Origin: Eledone cirrhosa
Taxonomy: Eukaryota
Direction: 5' to 3'
Assembly (NCBI GenBank): GCA_964016885.1
Contig: OZ024762.1
Coordinates: 15,686,001-15,750,000, forward strand
Length of the DNA: 64,000 nucleotides
Positions 41,808 to 55,684 of this stretch are shown piece after piece. Made by a program: the position numbers and the translations under genes. The notes below the pieces were generated by a model that saw only the letters and a program-made list of their open reading frames with translations, made no database searches and was not told the DNA's origin. Numbering within the stretch: the stretch's first letter is position 1; each line of letters starts with the position of its first letter.

Positions 41808-42551
41808 CATCATCATCTTCGTTTAACGTCCATCTTCCACGCTAGCATGGGTTAGACGGGAGTTGTCCCACTTGAGGCAAGGTTGGTCGGGTGACCGTGT
41901 CTCGCTCATATAGAACTATATCTGGCAGGGATTTATACGGCTGGATGCCCTTCCTAACACTAACCACACTTACAGTGTGGAACTGGGAGGTTTTTACCGT
42001 GTTCCCTCCACGGTCACATTACAGCGTGGACTGTGTGTTTTTTTTCTCGTGACACCTACACGATCTCGATCTCATTATCTCATTTATTTGGACTGGATGT
42101 TGTGGTACCAACTTTACAGAGAGATGGTGGTGTTGGTGGGAGTGGGAGGATAGGGTAGGGGTAGTGGATTGGGGTGTATATTTGGTTAAGAGGTGCCTAC
42201 TGACTGTAGGTTTTGCTTTGTACATAAGCAAGGCGGGTCTTCTGTATTACTGCGTAACGCCAAAGATCTCGGTCCAGTGACATTGTCTTAGAGAGGTGCA
42301 AGTATGTAAGGTCGGAATTTATCAGATCGTCCCAGGTTTTTCTGGGTCTACCTACTCCGTAACTACCATCAATTTTGATCGCCCTGCACTTTTTTATACA
42401 GCTGTCATCTTTCATGCGCATCACGTGACCATACCAACAAAGTCTTCTCTCAAGTAAACAGCATCTGATCCCTCTTATTCCTAATTTCTCACTTAGTTCA
42501 TTTATGCTTTGCCGTTCACGTATATTACTATTACACATCCAACTGAGCATG
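41808..42551 (-). mobile_element. 5'-truncated RTE LINE (subfamily A)
   Basis: ORF 42197-42550 matches the C-terminus of the adjacent plus copy; 3' UTR and (GAT)n tail present. Confidence 0.93.
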
Positions 42552-42555
42552 CATA

Positions 42556-42591
<36 letters not shown>

Positions 42592-42593
<2 letters not shown>

Positions 42594-44366
42594 GACGCTG
42601 ATAAGAAGGTAGCTTGGAAGTGTCACTACGAAAGGCTTCTAAATGAGGAGAACAAATGGGAGAAAGACAGTCTCCCCCAGATCGATCCAATAGAGGGACC
42701 AGCAGTGTTAGTTGAAGGTAGTATAATAAGTAAGGCAATCAAAGATATGAAGACGGGTAAGGCGGCTGGGCCTTCGGAAATAGTTGCTGAGATGCTGAAG
42801 GCATCTGGTTCGGTGGGACACACCATGGTCACCCGGATAGTTAACCAAGTCGTACAGAATGGGGTTGTTCCGAAGGAATGGCGTAGCAGCATCATCGTTA
42901 ACTGCTATAAGGGAAAAGGAGATGCCCTAGATAGGAGTAACTATAGAGGCATTAAATTAATCGACCAGGTCATGAAGGTCACGGAAAAAGTAATAGCGCA
43001 ACTAATCAGAGAGAGAATTGATCTAGATGAAATGCAGTTCGGGTTTGTGTCAGGCAAAAGTACCACAGACGCTCTTTTCATTGTACGACAACTACAGGAG
43101 AAGTACCTAGCTAAAAGTAAACCCCTATACTTAGCTTTCGTCGACTTGGAGAAAGCCTTCGACAGAGTCTCCCATTCCATTATCTGGTGGTCTCTTAGAA
43201 AACTAGGTGTTGACGAATGGCTTGTGAGAGCTATACAAGCCATGTATAAAGAAACAGTCAGTAAGGTTAGAATTAACAACGAATATAGTGAAGAGTTTAG
43301 CGTAAAAGTTGGTGTCCATCAGGGCTCTGTTCTTAGCCCCCTACTATTTATTATTGCCCTTCAGGCTATAACAGAGGAGTTCAAGACCGGCTGCCCATGG
43401 GAACTCCTATACGCAGATGATCTAACGCTCATAGCTGAATCAATGACCGAACTAGAGAAGAAATTCCAAACGTGGAAGCACGGCCTAGAATCAAAAGGCC
43501 TTAAAATTAACCTGGCTAAGACTAAAGTTCTAGTTTGTAGGAAAGAAAATAAGGCGCCGGTCCCATCGGGGAAATGGCCATGCTCAGTGTGTAGGAAAGG
43601 CGTAGGTAGAAACTCCATTTTATGTCCCAAATGCAAAGTATGGGTGCATAAAAGATGTAGTGGGATCACAGGTAAGCTAACTAAGAACATAGATTTTACA
43701 TGTGGCCGGTGCTCTGGTGCAATAAGTAGCAGCAAGTGCCCACAAAATACTAGCTCCTTCAACTGCGCAGAGGGTTCTATAGAAATAGTGGACAGCTTCC
43801 GTTATCTGGGTGACAAAATCAGCAGTGGGGGAGGGTGCTCTGAAAGTACAGTAGCTAGAGTCAGAACTGGATGGAAAAAGTTCAGAGAGCTTATACCACT
43901 ATTAGCCGCTAGAGGGTTCTCCCTAAAAATGAAAGGCAGGTTATACGATGCCTGCATACGAACAGCAATGCTGCATGGCAGTGAGACCTGGGCATTGTGT
44001 GCAGAGGATATACGCAGACTAGAGAGGAACGAAGCTTGCATGCTCCGCTGGATGTGCAATAGTAATATACGTGAACGGCAAAGCATAAACGAACTAAGGA
44101 AAAAATTAGAAATAAGAGGGATCAGATGTTGTTTACTCGAGAGAAGGCTACGTTGGTACGGTCACGTGATGCGCATGAAAGACGACAGCTGTATAACAAA
44201 GTGCAGGGCAATAAAGATAGACGGTAGCCACGGAGTAGGCAGACCCAGAAAAACATGGGACGAGCTGATAAATTCCGACCTCACACGCTTACACCTCTCC
44301 AAGACAATGTCACTGGACCGAGACCTTTGGCGGTACTCAGTAATAGAGAAGACCCGCCTTACCTAA
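42592..44366 (+). pseudogene. RTE ORF2 reverse transcriptase region: stop-free but lacking a start codon and the APE endonuclease
   Basis: Motifs KGKGD..DRSNYRGI, QFGF, FVDLEKAFD, GVHQGSVLSPLLF, YADD, FRYLG and RLRWYGHV. The N-terminus of the supplied ORF is microsatellite read-through. Confidence 0.93.
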
Positions 44367-44862
44367 ATACAAAGTAAAAACCTACTACAGTCAGTAGGCA
44401 TCTCTATCAAAACACACCCCCGTCCCACCACCTCCACCCCACCCACACCGCCCCTTTCAATGTAAAGTTATGTTGGTCCCACAACATCCAGGCCGAAACA
44501 AATGAGATCGTGTAGGTGTCACGACAAAAAACACAGTCCACGCTGTAAATGTGGCCGTGTAGGCAACACGGTAAAAACCTCCCAGCCCCACACTGTAAAT
44601 GTGGTTGGTGTTAGGAAGGGCATCCAGCTGTAGAAAACCCGCCAGACAGTCCACGCTGTAATGTGGCCGTGTAGGCAACACGGTAAAAACCTCCCAGCCC
44701 CACACTGTAAATGTGGTTGGTGTTAGGAAGGGCATCCAGCTGTAGAAAACCCGCCAGACAGTCCTATGCGAGCAAGACAAACACTCTTGCCTCAAGTGGG
44801 AAAACTCCCGTCCAAACCCATGCAAGCGTGGAACACGGACGTTAAACGATGATGATGATGAT
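42592..44862 (+). mobile_element. 5'-truncated RTE LINE (subfamily A), ~2.3 kb
   Basis: Open RT frame to 44366, 3' UTR with a ~115-bp internal duplication, (GAT)n tail. Both ends abut (AT)n. Confidence 0.96.
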
Positions 44863-44926
44863 ATATATATATATATTTGTATATATGTATATAAAACTGT
44901 CTCACTTATTTATTATATATATATAT

Positions 44927-45140
44927 CGTGTAGGCGCCACGGATAAAAGCACCCAGCACTCACTGTAAATGAGGTTGGTGTTAGGAAGGGCATCCAGCTG
45001 TAGAAATCAAGCCAGAATCAGTTCCTATATGAGCAAGGCATGGTCAGCTGACCAGACACTGCCCACAACAGGACAACCCGTCTAACCCATGCTAGCATGG
45101 AAGAACGGACGTAAAACAGTGATGATGATGATGATGATGA
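44927..45140 (+). mobile_element. RTE-type 3' UTR fragment
   Basis: Matches ~21265-21470. Confidence 0.85.
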
Positions 45141-45282
45141 TATATATACATATATACATGTGGTACAAGATGTGGGACTCTTTAGAGAAACAAAACACTC
45201 TCTATATTATATTTTATCCATTTTAATTTCCAGTGAGTCATTTGTTAACTTAGCTGGTTCTTTTGTTGGAAGTTATCTTATT

Positions 45283-45358
<76 letters not shown>

Positions 45359-45392
45359 CATATGCACACACACATATATACACATACACACC

Positions 45393-45444
<52 letters not shown>

Positions 45445-45937
45445 TACATATGTACACACACATATATACACATACACATACACACACACACATACACAAA
45501 CACACACATATATAGACATACACACACACACATATATATATACACACATACATATGCACACACATATATATATACATATACACATACACACACATATATA
45601 CACATACACACACATACACATACACATAATACACACACATACATATATACATATACATATACATACATATACACACACTTACATATAAACACATACATAC
45701 GCATATACATATACACACACACACGCACATACACATATATATACACCTACACATATACATTGTCATCCACTTCTTGTCTGGTGCCACCGAGGAAGGGAGG
45801 GAATGAGATTGCCTCAATGGTGTCTCTAAGCATGCTAGGAATAGCAGCCAAGCTCAGATCACACTCTGTGTATCTGGTATATTTAGAATAGGTTCTCTGT
45901 ATCCCTGTATGTCATATGAGGGGCTAAAAATATTGGT

Positions 45938-46121
45938 TTAACCCTTTACCATTTACACCACTCTATATATACTATTGTATTTTCACAGTAAAGGCTTTAC
46001 CTCACATAATATCTCACATAACATTTACATTACTCTATATATACTATTGTATTTTCACAGTAAAGGCTTTACCTCACATAATATCTCACATAACATTTAC
46101 ATTACTCTATATATACTATTG
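45938..46121 (-). repeat. MITE right terminus with ~2 copies of the 72-bp unit
   Basis: ttaaccctttacc followed by the reverse complement of the 72-bp unit. Confidence 0.85.
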
Positions 46122-46399
46122 TGTGTGTGTCATATGAAGGGGCTAAAAAGGGTTGGTTTAGAATAGGGACACTGTATCCCTGTGTGTCATAAGAGGGGAC
46201 TAAAAAGGTTGATGTCAGGAAGTACATCTGATCATGAAGTTAAGGGCCAAAACATTTTCTTGAGTGGGTTTCTTCTCTGAAGACTTTCTGCTGTCCAGCT
46301 CCCCTGAGAGTTTCTTACCACTTACTTCAAAAAGATCCCAATGGTATCCATATAATCAGGAAGGTCAACTCTCCCCTACTTTCTCTATCTCTAAGGTGG

Positions 46400-48012
46400 C
46401 TAAAATTCTCGAGATCCATGGACGATTTCTCTCCAGCGGTCTCTGTCCCTCATCATCGCTGCCATCTCCTGTTTCTCCCAGAGACCAGTGTCTGTCCTTA
46501 GGGCATCAACATATGTCAACCTCGGTCTCCCTCTCCCAGTGTGTCCATGTAGGGGCTCCCACAGGAGCACTGAGTGCAGTGTCAACTCTGGATGTCGGTG
46601 AGCATGTCCAGCTAACCTAGTGTGTCCCTGTAGAGGCTCTCACAGGAGCACTGAGTGCAGTGTCATCTCTGGATGTCGGTGAGCATGTCCAGTTAACCTA
46701 AACTGTCCCTGTAGAGGCTCCCACAGGAGCACTGAGTGCAATGTCAACTCTGGATGTCAGTGAGCATGTCCAGCTAACCTAGTGTGTCCCTGTAGAGGCT
46801 CCCACAGGAGCACTGAGTGCAGTGTCAACTCTGGATGTCGGTGAGCATGTCCAGCTAACCTAGTCTGTCCCTGTAGAGGCTCCCACAGGAGCACAGGGTG
46901 CAGTGTCAACTCTGGATGTCGGTGAGCATGTCCAGTTAACCTAGTCTGTCCCTGTAGAGGCTCCCACAGGAGCACAGGGTGCAGTGTCAACTCTGGATGT
47001 CGGTGAGCATGTCCAGCTAACCTAGTCTGTCCCTGTAGAGGCTCCCACAAGAGCACTGAGTGCAGTGTCAACTCTGGATGTCGGTGAGCATGTCCAGCTA
47101 ACCTAGTGTGTCCCTATAGAGGATCCCACAGGAGCACTGAGTGCAGTTTCAACTCTGGATGTCGGTGAGCATGTCCAGCTAACCTAGTCTGTCCCTGTAG
47201 AGGCTCCCACAGGAGCACTGAGTGCAGTGTCAACTCTGGATGTCGGTGAGCATGTCCAGTTAACCTAGTCTGTCCCTGTAGAGGCTCCCACAGGAGCACA
47301 GGGTGCAGTGTCAACTCTGGATGTCGGTGAGCATGTCCAGCTAACCTAGTGTGTCCCTGTAGAGGCTCTCACAGGAGCACTGAGTGCAGTGTCATCTCTG
47401 GATGTCGGTGAGCATGTCCAGCTAACCTAGTCTGTCCCTGTAGAGGCTCCCACAGGAGCACTGAGTGCAGTGTCAACTCTGGATGTCGGTGAGCATGTCC
47501 TGCTAACCTAGTGTGTCCCTATAGAGGCTCCCACAGGAGCACTGAGTGCAGTGTCAACTCTGGATGTAGGTGAGCATGTCCAGCTAACCTCAGTCTCCTC
47601 TGTGTCACTTTTGAGCTGACTTTTGGGAGACTTCCGTACAGCTCTGAGTTCTTCATCCTCAGTGTATACTGATTAATGTTCAGAGCCATCTTCAGCATCC
47701 TTGTGTGGAAAGCCATCCACCACCTGAGTGAATCTCTTGGTCAGTGTTCAAGTCTCAGACCTGTACAGCAGCACAGACTCCACTGTAGCAATAAAGAGAC
47801 AGATCTTCAGGTCTTTACGAAGGTCCACCTTCCACACTGATCTCAAACTGTGGCACGCCTAACCCAGGCTTTGCTCTTCCTCTCCACCACATCATCCTCT
47901 GTGTTTCCAATCTTTGCCCCCAGATACAGGAAGTCCTCAACCAGCTCTAGTGGCTTCCCACTCAGATTTATAATCTTCTCTGGCTCCTTGATATTCTCTA
48001 TCAGATACTTCG
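46400..48012 (-). mobile_element. Second RTE-X-like LINE fragment with 13 x 81-bp internal repeat
   Basis: Translation LELVEDFLYLG...VESVLLY.SET...RRLRLAGHAH; frameshifts and stops present; repeats at ~46540-47590. Confidence 0.9.
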
Positions 48013-48139
48013 TCTCCCTCTCCTTCTCAGCCCCTCACTCATCAACATAGCTCCCTACTTTAGCAGGGTAAAATGACCTTAAAACTCTTCTTGCAGCTGT
48101 TACTTCCTCAAATTACATTTTATTATTTTTAAACAGTTT

Positions 48140-48545
48140 CATTACCATATTTCTAATGAAAGACACTGACTATAGTTTTCTCATTTTTAGGTTGGTGTTT
48201 GGAACATAACTTAACAAAGGTTTTTACATAAAATTATGATGGTCTTTAGATAAATATAAACACTTACAATATTTCTAATGGAACAAAACTTAACAAAGGT
48301 TTTTACATAAAATTATGAGGGTCTTTAGATAAATATAAACATATACAATATTTCTAATGGAACATAACTTAAAAAAGGTTTTTTACTTAAAATTATGATG
48401 GTCTTTAGAGAAATATATACACTTACAATATTTCTAATGGAACATAACTTAACAAAGGTTTTTACATAAAATTATGATGGTCTTTAGATAAATATATACA
48501 CTTTAACTCTTTCATTACCATATTTGTAATGAAAGACACTGTCTG
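48140..48545. repeat. ~80-bp AT-rich tandem repeat, probably MITE-derived
   Basis: ggaacataacttaacaaaggtttttacataaaattatgatggtctttagataaatata about 4 times; further copies at ~48750 and ~49135. Confidence 0.8.
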
Positions 48546-48906
48546 TGATTTTCAACTGTGGGGCACAGCCAAAACACGACACTGACCTTTCTTTCTTTGC
48601 ATAATAATCCTTCCTTTTCCCTCCATTTTGTCTCATTTATGGCGTTTATAATTATTTTTCCAATGCTGCTTTCGTTTTCTGTATGTTTGACCAATTTAGA
48701 TTTCGAAAATAATCGAGAATAATAACTTTCTTGTTATCAGCCTGGTGTTTGGAACATAACTTAACAAAGGTTCTTATATAAAATTATGATGGTTTATAGA
48801 TAAATATAAATACTTTAAGCCCTTCATTACTATATTTCTAATGAAAGATATTGCCCAGGATTTTTAAATAATTTTGAAAATAATCAACGATTTGGTGAAA
48901 TATAAT

Positions 48907-49380
48907 AATTGTTTCTACTTTTGGCACAAGGTCAGCGATTATCCCAGTGCATTACTGGTACGTTATTTTATTGACCCCGTAAGTACGAAAGGCTAAGTTA
49001 ACCTTGGCTGGATTTGAACTCAGATCGTAAAGGGTCGTAACTCTATACTGCAAAGCATGGTGTCCTACCGATACTGCCAATCCACTGCCTCAGTGAGATA
49101 TAACAATACAACTTTCTCATTTTTAAGATGGTGTTTGGAATTTAACTTTGCAAAGATTCTTAAATAAAATTATGATGGAAGGTTTTTAGATAAATATAAT
49201 TGTTTCTACTTTAGGCACAAGGCCAGCAATTACCCAGTGCATTACTGGTACTTTATTTTATCGACCCCGTAAGGATGAAAGGCAAAGTTAACCTCGGTGG
49301 GATTTGAACTCAGATCGTAAAGGGACGTAACTATGCTGGAGAGCATGGCGTCCGACCCTCTACCGATACTGCCAATCCAC
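48907..49380 (-). mobile_element. Two SINE family 1 copies (48907-49090 and 49198-49380)
   Basis: Reverse complement matches to 22110-22298. Confidence 0.88.
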
Positions 49381-49627
49381 AAACACTTTAACCCTTTTTT
49401 TATCATATTTCTAATGAAAGACACTGTCAATAATTTTCAAATAATTTTGAAAATAATCATTATCATCAGCATTTAGCATGGGTTAGATGGGTTGTCCACG
49501 TCTAGCCATAATTGGCCATGCCATGTATTGCTCCGACAAGGACTGTAAATTTGATCAGGGATTTTACAGCTGGATACCCTTTCTAACTGCAACACATTTA
49601 CAACATATATATATTGTAAATGTTGAG

Positions 49628-49893
49628 AAGACTTCGATGGTATGGACATGTGATACACATGGAGGATGACCGCTGAGTAAAGAAGTGCCAAGAAATCCCA
49701 GTAGAAGAAAGACGCAGTAGAGGAAGACCACGAAAAACATGGGCGGACCTCAGATCGCTGAAGCTCACGGTGGAGATGACGAAGGACCATGACAAGTGGA
49801 GAATAGGACCTGCCCTATGTGCTGAATAGGACCCGTCCCACCCTTGCAAGCAGGGAAAAGCGGATGTAAATTGATGATGATGATGATGATGAT
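49628..49893 (+). mobile_element. RTE subfamily B 3' fragment
   Basis: Matches the reverse complement of ~22681-22940 with deletions. Confidence 0.85.
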
Positions 49894-49902
49894 TCATTTT
49901 TT

Positions 49903-50236
49903 CATCATTTCATTTTACGTCCACTTTTCCCTGCTTGCAAGGGTGGGACGGGAACTGATTCTGGCTTGATTTCTACAGCTGGATTCCCTTCCTAACACCA
50001 ACCTCATTTACAGTGAGTGCTGGGTGCTTTTTTGCCGTGGCACCTCCACGACCACTTTGCAGTGGGATGATAGGGACCCCAGTCCCTATCATCTCATTTC
50101 TACAGCTGAGTAAACTGGAGCAATGTGAAATAAAGTGTCTTGCTCAAGGAAACAACACATCACCCGGTCTGAAAATTGAACTCACAACCTTTCGATTGCA
50201 AGGCCAATGCTCTAACCACTAAGCCATGTGCCTCCA
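49903..50236 (-). mobile_element. SINE family 2, full length
   Basis: Reverse complement of 19933-20272. Confidence 0.9.
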
Positions 50237-50389
50237 TTATATATATATATATATATATGCTATGGTCCCGTAACTCCTCATGGAGTCGTAGGGGCGCCTT
50301 AGTGACATACAGCATTACTTGGTCATTTTAAAGCCTGGTGGAGTTCATCCCTCTCCAAGTTTGAATACACCAGATATCTTCCAGATATT

Positions 50390-50461
50390 TCATGTAAATA
50401 TTAATCTTTGAGAGCCAGGATCATCACTCTGGACACTTGGTAGGGTTTTAACAATTGCAGG

Positions 50462-50498
<37 letters not shown>

Positions 50499-50712
50499 GG
50501 AGTATATGTGGGTGCCTGCTTTTTTCTGTTATAGTATGCAATATCTGAAGTTATTGAAATAGGATTAACTAACCTAACCATTCTGAAGATTTTGCGGTAT
50601 GTATGGTTATGTGGAACGTGTTTTCCGATTAGGGACAAAAAGTCCTTAGCTAGGTTTGTTAACATCTCGACATTCAACGGGGGATTGAACCACGTAATGT
50701 TTCTCCTAACTC
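50390..50712 (-). pseudogene. Decayed Penelope-like element ORF fragment (RT-to-endonuclease linker)
   Basis: Minus translation RRNITWFNPPLNVEMLTNLAKDFLSLIGKHVPHNHTYRKIF, then in a shifted frame TCNC*NPTKCP...IY. Resembles the WFNPP / CxC..CP linker I recall from Neptune-type PLEs. Confidence 0.7.
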
Positions 50713-52158
50713 AATTAGGGGTTGGTGGTGGTGGGGGAGGGGGGACTTCCGTGTATTTTGTTTTTATTTTTTCTTCTATAAATTCACTTCTTATTAGTAA
50801 TTCTCAACTTCCAAATGATATGTTGATTGGTCTTTGCTTTCATTTCTACCCACACCTGTGTACCCAGACATATATGCATATATATATACATATATATACA
50901 TACATATGTTCATACATGCATACACATACACATACACCCCCCCCACACACACATACACACACACACACATACACACATACACACACACACACATACACAC
51001 ATACACACACACACACACACACATATATATATTTATATATATATTTACATTGTGAAATGTTTACTTATACATATATATCTATTTTTAAAAGTGTTGAAAC
51101 TCAATTAAAACAAAATTGTTAATTAAATCTTTAAATTTTTGCCAGATTTGATTGGTTTGGTAGGTGAATGTGATAACTCTGACACCCCACTAACTCTCTC
51201 TCTCTCTCTGCTTGTTATTTGGTGCAACATTAATATTTCCTGTCTGTGACTGTCTGTCTGTGCGTCTGTGTCTGTATATATATATCTGTGTGTATGTGTG
51301 CTTATATATATGTGTGTGTGTGTGTGTCTGTATGTATATATGTCTCTGTGTGTATGTCAGTGTGCCTGTGTGTATATATATGTATGTCTGTGTCTGTATA
51401 TATATATATATATCTGTGTATGTCTGTGTGTCTGTGTATATGTATATATGTCTGTGTGTGTGTGTCTGTATGTATATGTGTATATCTCAGTGTGTTTGTG
51501 TCTGTATGTATATATGCCTATGTGTGTGTCTGTGTGTGTGTCTGTATGTATGTATGTCTGTGTGTGTGTCTGTATGTATATATGTGTGTGTGTGTATGTA
51601 TATATATGTGTGTGTGTGTATGTCAGTGTGTGTGTGTATGTATATATATGTGTGTGTGTGTGTGTATGTTTGTGTTTTTATATCTCCAGAGTTTGTAGAT
51701 TACAAGAAAGATATTGGTGAAACTCATTAGCTCAAATTAAAGTAATTAACTGAAAATGTGAAAAAAAACAAAAAAACACAAAAATCAGGCAAAAAAATCC
51801 CAAAACAAAACAAAATGCAAAATTAAAAAATTACATTTAAAAACATATATAAATAATAATAATAATATAGGAAGTATATTTAAATTGAATTAACTTTGTG
51901 GAAGTTACCTTTTCTTTCTTACAACAGTTCTTCTTTTTCTTTTTCTTTTTCTTTTTCTTCTCCTTCTCCTTCTTCTCTACTTCTTCTTCTTCCCATTCTT
52001 CTTCTTTTCTTCTTCTCTTCTTCTTCTTCTTCTTCTTCTTCTTCTTCTTCTTCTTCATCCAATCCAATCCAGTACCTACACTAATTATAATTAATTTAAC
52101 TTCCATTTTTAAATCTCTTTCTTCACAAGAGTTCCACAACAAACCCCTCCCAACTCAT

Positions 52159-52266
<108 letters not shown>

Positions 52267-52431
52267 GCATGTAATATAATATATATATATACATTGTTTT
52301 ACTAAATTTTATAATTTTTTTAAAGTACAATTATTTATTTATTTATTAAAAAAATATATTTATATTAAATTATTGATATTAATTATGGAATTATATTAAT
52401 TGATCAGATTTGGTGAATTTCATTTTATTTC

Positions 52432-54390
52432 TTTTACTGGCTTTGGTCATTGGACTGTGGCCATGCTGGAGCACCACATTGTTTTACTGGCTTTGCTCAT
52501 TGGACTGTGGCCATGCTGGAGCACCACATTGTTTTACTGGCTTTGGTCATTGGACTGTGGCCATGCTGGAGCACCACATTGTTTTACTGGCTTTGCTCAT
52601 TGGACTGTGGCCATGCTGGAGCACCACATTGTTTTACTGGCTTTGGTCATTGGACTGTGGCCATGCTGGAGCACCACATTGTTTTACTGGCTTTGGTCAT
52701 TGGACTGTGGCCATGCTGGAGCACCACATTGTTTTACTGGCTTTGGTCATTGGACTGTGGCCATGCTGGAGCACCACATTGTTTTACTGGCTTCGGTCAT
52801 TGGACTGTGGCCATGCTGGAGCACCACATTGTTTTAATGGCTTCGGTCATTGGACTGTGGTCATGCTGGAGCACCACATTGTTTTACTGGCTTTGGTCAT
52901 TGGACTGTGGTCATGCTGGAGCACCACATTGTTTTACTGGCTTTGGTCATTGGACTGTGGCCATGCTGGAGCACCACATTGTTTTACTGGCTTTGGTCAT
53001 TGGACTGTGGCCATGCTGGAGCACCACATTGTTTTACTGGCTTTGGTCATTGGACTGTGGCCATGGTGGAGCACCACATTGTTTTACTTGCTTTGGTCAT
53101 TGGACTGAGGCCATGCTGGAGCACCTCATTGTTTTACTGGCTTTGGTCATTGGACTGTGGCCACGCTGGAGCACCACATTGTTTTACTGGCTTTGGTCAT
53201 TGGACTGTGGCCATGCTGGAGCACCACATTGTTTTACTGGCTTTGGTCATTGGACTGTGGCCATGCTGGAGCACCACATTGTTTTACTGGCTTTGGTCAT
53301 TGGACTGTGGCCATGCTGGAGCACCACATTGTTTTACTGGCTTTGGTCATTGGACTGTGGCCACGCTGGAGCACCTCATTGTTTTACTGGCTTTGGTCAT
53401 TGGACTGTGGCCATGCTGGAGCACCTCATTGTTTTACTGGCTTTGGTCATTGGACTGTGGCCATGCTGGAGCACCACATTGTTTTAATGGCTTTGGTCAT
53501 TGGACTGTGGCCATGCTGGAGCACCTCATTGTTTTACTGGCTTTGCTCATTGGACTGTGGCCATGCTGGAGCACCTCATTGTTTTAATGGCTTTGGTCAT
53601 TGGACTGTGGCCATGCTGGAGCACCACATTGTTTTACTGGATTTGGTCATTGGACTGTGGCCATGCTGGAGCACCACATTGTTTTACTGGCTTTGGTCAT
53701 TGGACTGTGGCCATGCTGGAGCACCTCATTGTTTTACTGGCTTTGGTCATTGGACTGTGGCCAGGCTGGAGCACCACATTGTTTTACTGGCTTTGGTCAT
53801 TGGACTGTGGCCATGCTGGAGCACCTCATTGTTTTACTGGCTTTGGTCATTGGACTGTGGCCATGCTGGAGCACCTCATTGTTTTAATGGCTTTGATCAT
53901 TGGACTGTGGCCATGCTGGAGCACCTCATTGTTTTAATGGCTTTGGTCATTGGACTGTGGCCATGGTGGAGCACCACATTGTTTTACTGGCTTTGGTCAT
54001 TGGACTGTGGCCATACTGGAGCACCACATTGTTTTACTGGCTTTGGTCATTGGACTGTGGCCATGCTGGAGCACCACATTGTTTTACTGGCTTTGGTCAT
54101 TGGACTGTGGCAATGCTGGAGCACCACATTGTTTTACTGGCTTTGGTCATTGGACTGTGGCCATGCTGGAGCACCACATTGTTTTACTGGCTTTGGTCAT
54201 TGGACTGTGGCCATGCTGGAGCACCTCATTGTTTTACTGGCTTCGGTCATTGGACTGTGGCTATGCTGGAGCACCTCATTGTTTTACTGGCTTTGGTCAT
54301 TAGACTGTGGCCATGCTGGAGCACCATGTTCTCTTTACTGGTTTACTGGCTTCAGTCATTAGACTGTGGCCATGCTGGGGCACCACTGTC
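52432..54390. repeat. 50-bp minisatellite (~39 copies)
   Basis: Unit ttttactggctttggtcattggactgtggccatgctggagcaccacattg. Confidence 0.97.
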
Positions 54391-54450
54391 TTTTACTGAT
54401 ATCTCTCTATCTCTATCTATCCATCCATCCCCATCCCTCTCTCCCTCTCC

Positions 54451-54487
<37 letters not shown>

Positions 54488-55071
54488 TCAATCCACCTAT
54501 TAGTCTACCTTATAAATATCTTCTTTGTTATATATATAAAAAAAAGAGGTTACTCGGTACACACTCAAAATTAACCTTTCAAAATTAATAAATGTTAAAT
54601 ATTTATTCATATTCATATTCCTCGACCAGGAATTCTTCACCAATTCCATCTCCTCCTCCTTCTTCTCCTCCTTCTTCTCCTTCTCGTCTCCTTCTCGTCT
54701 CCTTCGTCTAACAATAATGAATAATCTTATTGTTAAGTTTCCACCATAATAATTTCCTTTTGTCAAAAATATGGAAATGTGAAATTTATATTTGAGAAAT
54801 CTTTCCTCTAAATATAATTTCATTGGCGTTATAATCTCTCACTTGCTTCATCTGTTACAGTTGTTGTTGTTGTTGTCTTAGTTGTATGTTGTTGTTGTTG
54901 TTGTTGTTGTATGATGTTTGTTGTTGTTGTTGTTGTTTATATAGAAGATGTATATTTGATAAAAATCGTAGACGAGAGAGAAAAGAGAATTCAATGAAAA
55001 TAACTCCATTGTTAGTTCTTAACTGTTCAACAAATATTTTTTTCTTTTTTGGTTTTGTTTTTTTTTTGTTT

Positions 55072-55103
<32 letters not shown>

Positions 55104-55120
55104 CCTGAAATTTTGTTCTG

Positions 55121-55362
55121 ATCATCATCACCATCACCATCATCACCATCACCACCACCATCATCATCATCACCATCACCACCATCATCACCATCACCAC
55201 CATCGTCATCATCACCATCACCATCATCATCATCATCACCATCATCACCATCATCATCACCATCACCATCATCACCATCATTATTATCATCATCATCACC
55301 ACCATCATCATCACAATCATTGTCATCATCATCAATATTATCATCACCATCATCATTATCAT
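55121..55362. repeat. (CAT/CAC)n microsatellite
   Basis: Trinucleotide run. Confidence 0.93.
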
Positions 55363-55577
55363 TAATGGTGTTGTGTATTTTTTTTTGGCATTTCTGTTTG
55401 TCATTGTTTTTGTTAGGGGTGGGGGTGGGGGAGGATTAAAAAATTATATTGTTTATTATTATTATTATTATTATTATTATTTTACAAACTAAACTGACTT
55501 TGCTTTTGGTTTAATTTTGGAGGGAAAATAATGGTCTCTCTCTCTCTCTCTCTCTCTCTCAGTCTGTCCCTCCTTTT

Positions 55578-55684
<107 letters not shown>

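Noticed and set aside
41808-42551. Twin-priming inversion of a single LINE insertion
   Set aside because: Both pieces contain the 3' end and tail and differ at many sites, which fits two separate insertions better.
42504-42591. N-terminus of the 620-aa ORF as a true start
   Set aside because: It is the antisense of the neighbouring RTE copy plus (AT)n; the element is 5'-truncated.
54500-54823. 107-aa minus-strand ORF in partly unique sequence
   Set aside because: Low-complexity GAA-rich middle, no recognisable domain and weak splice signals.
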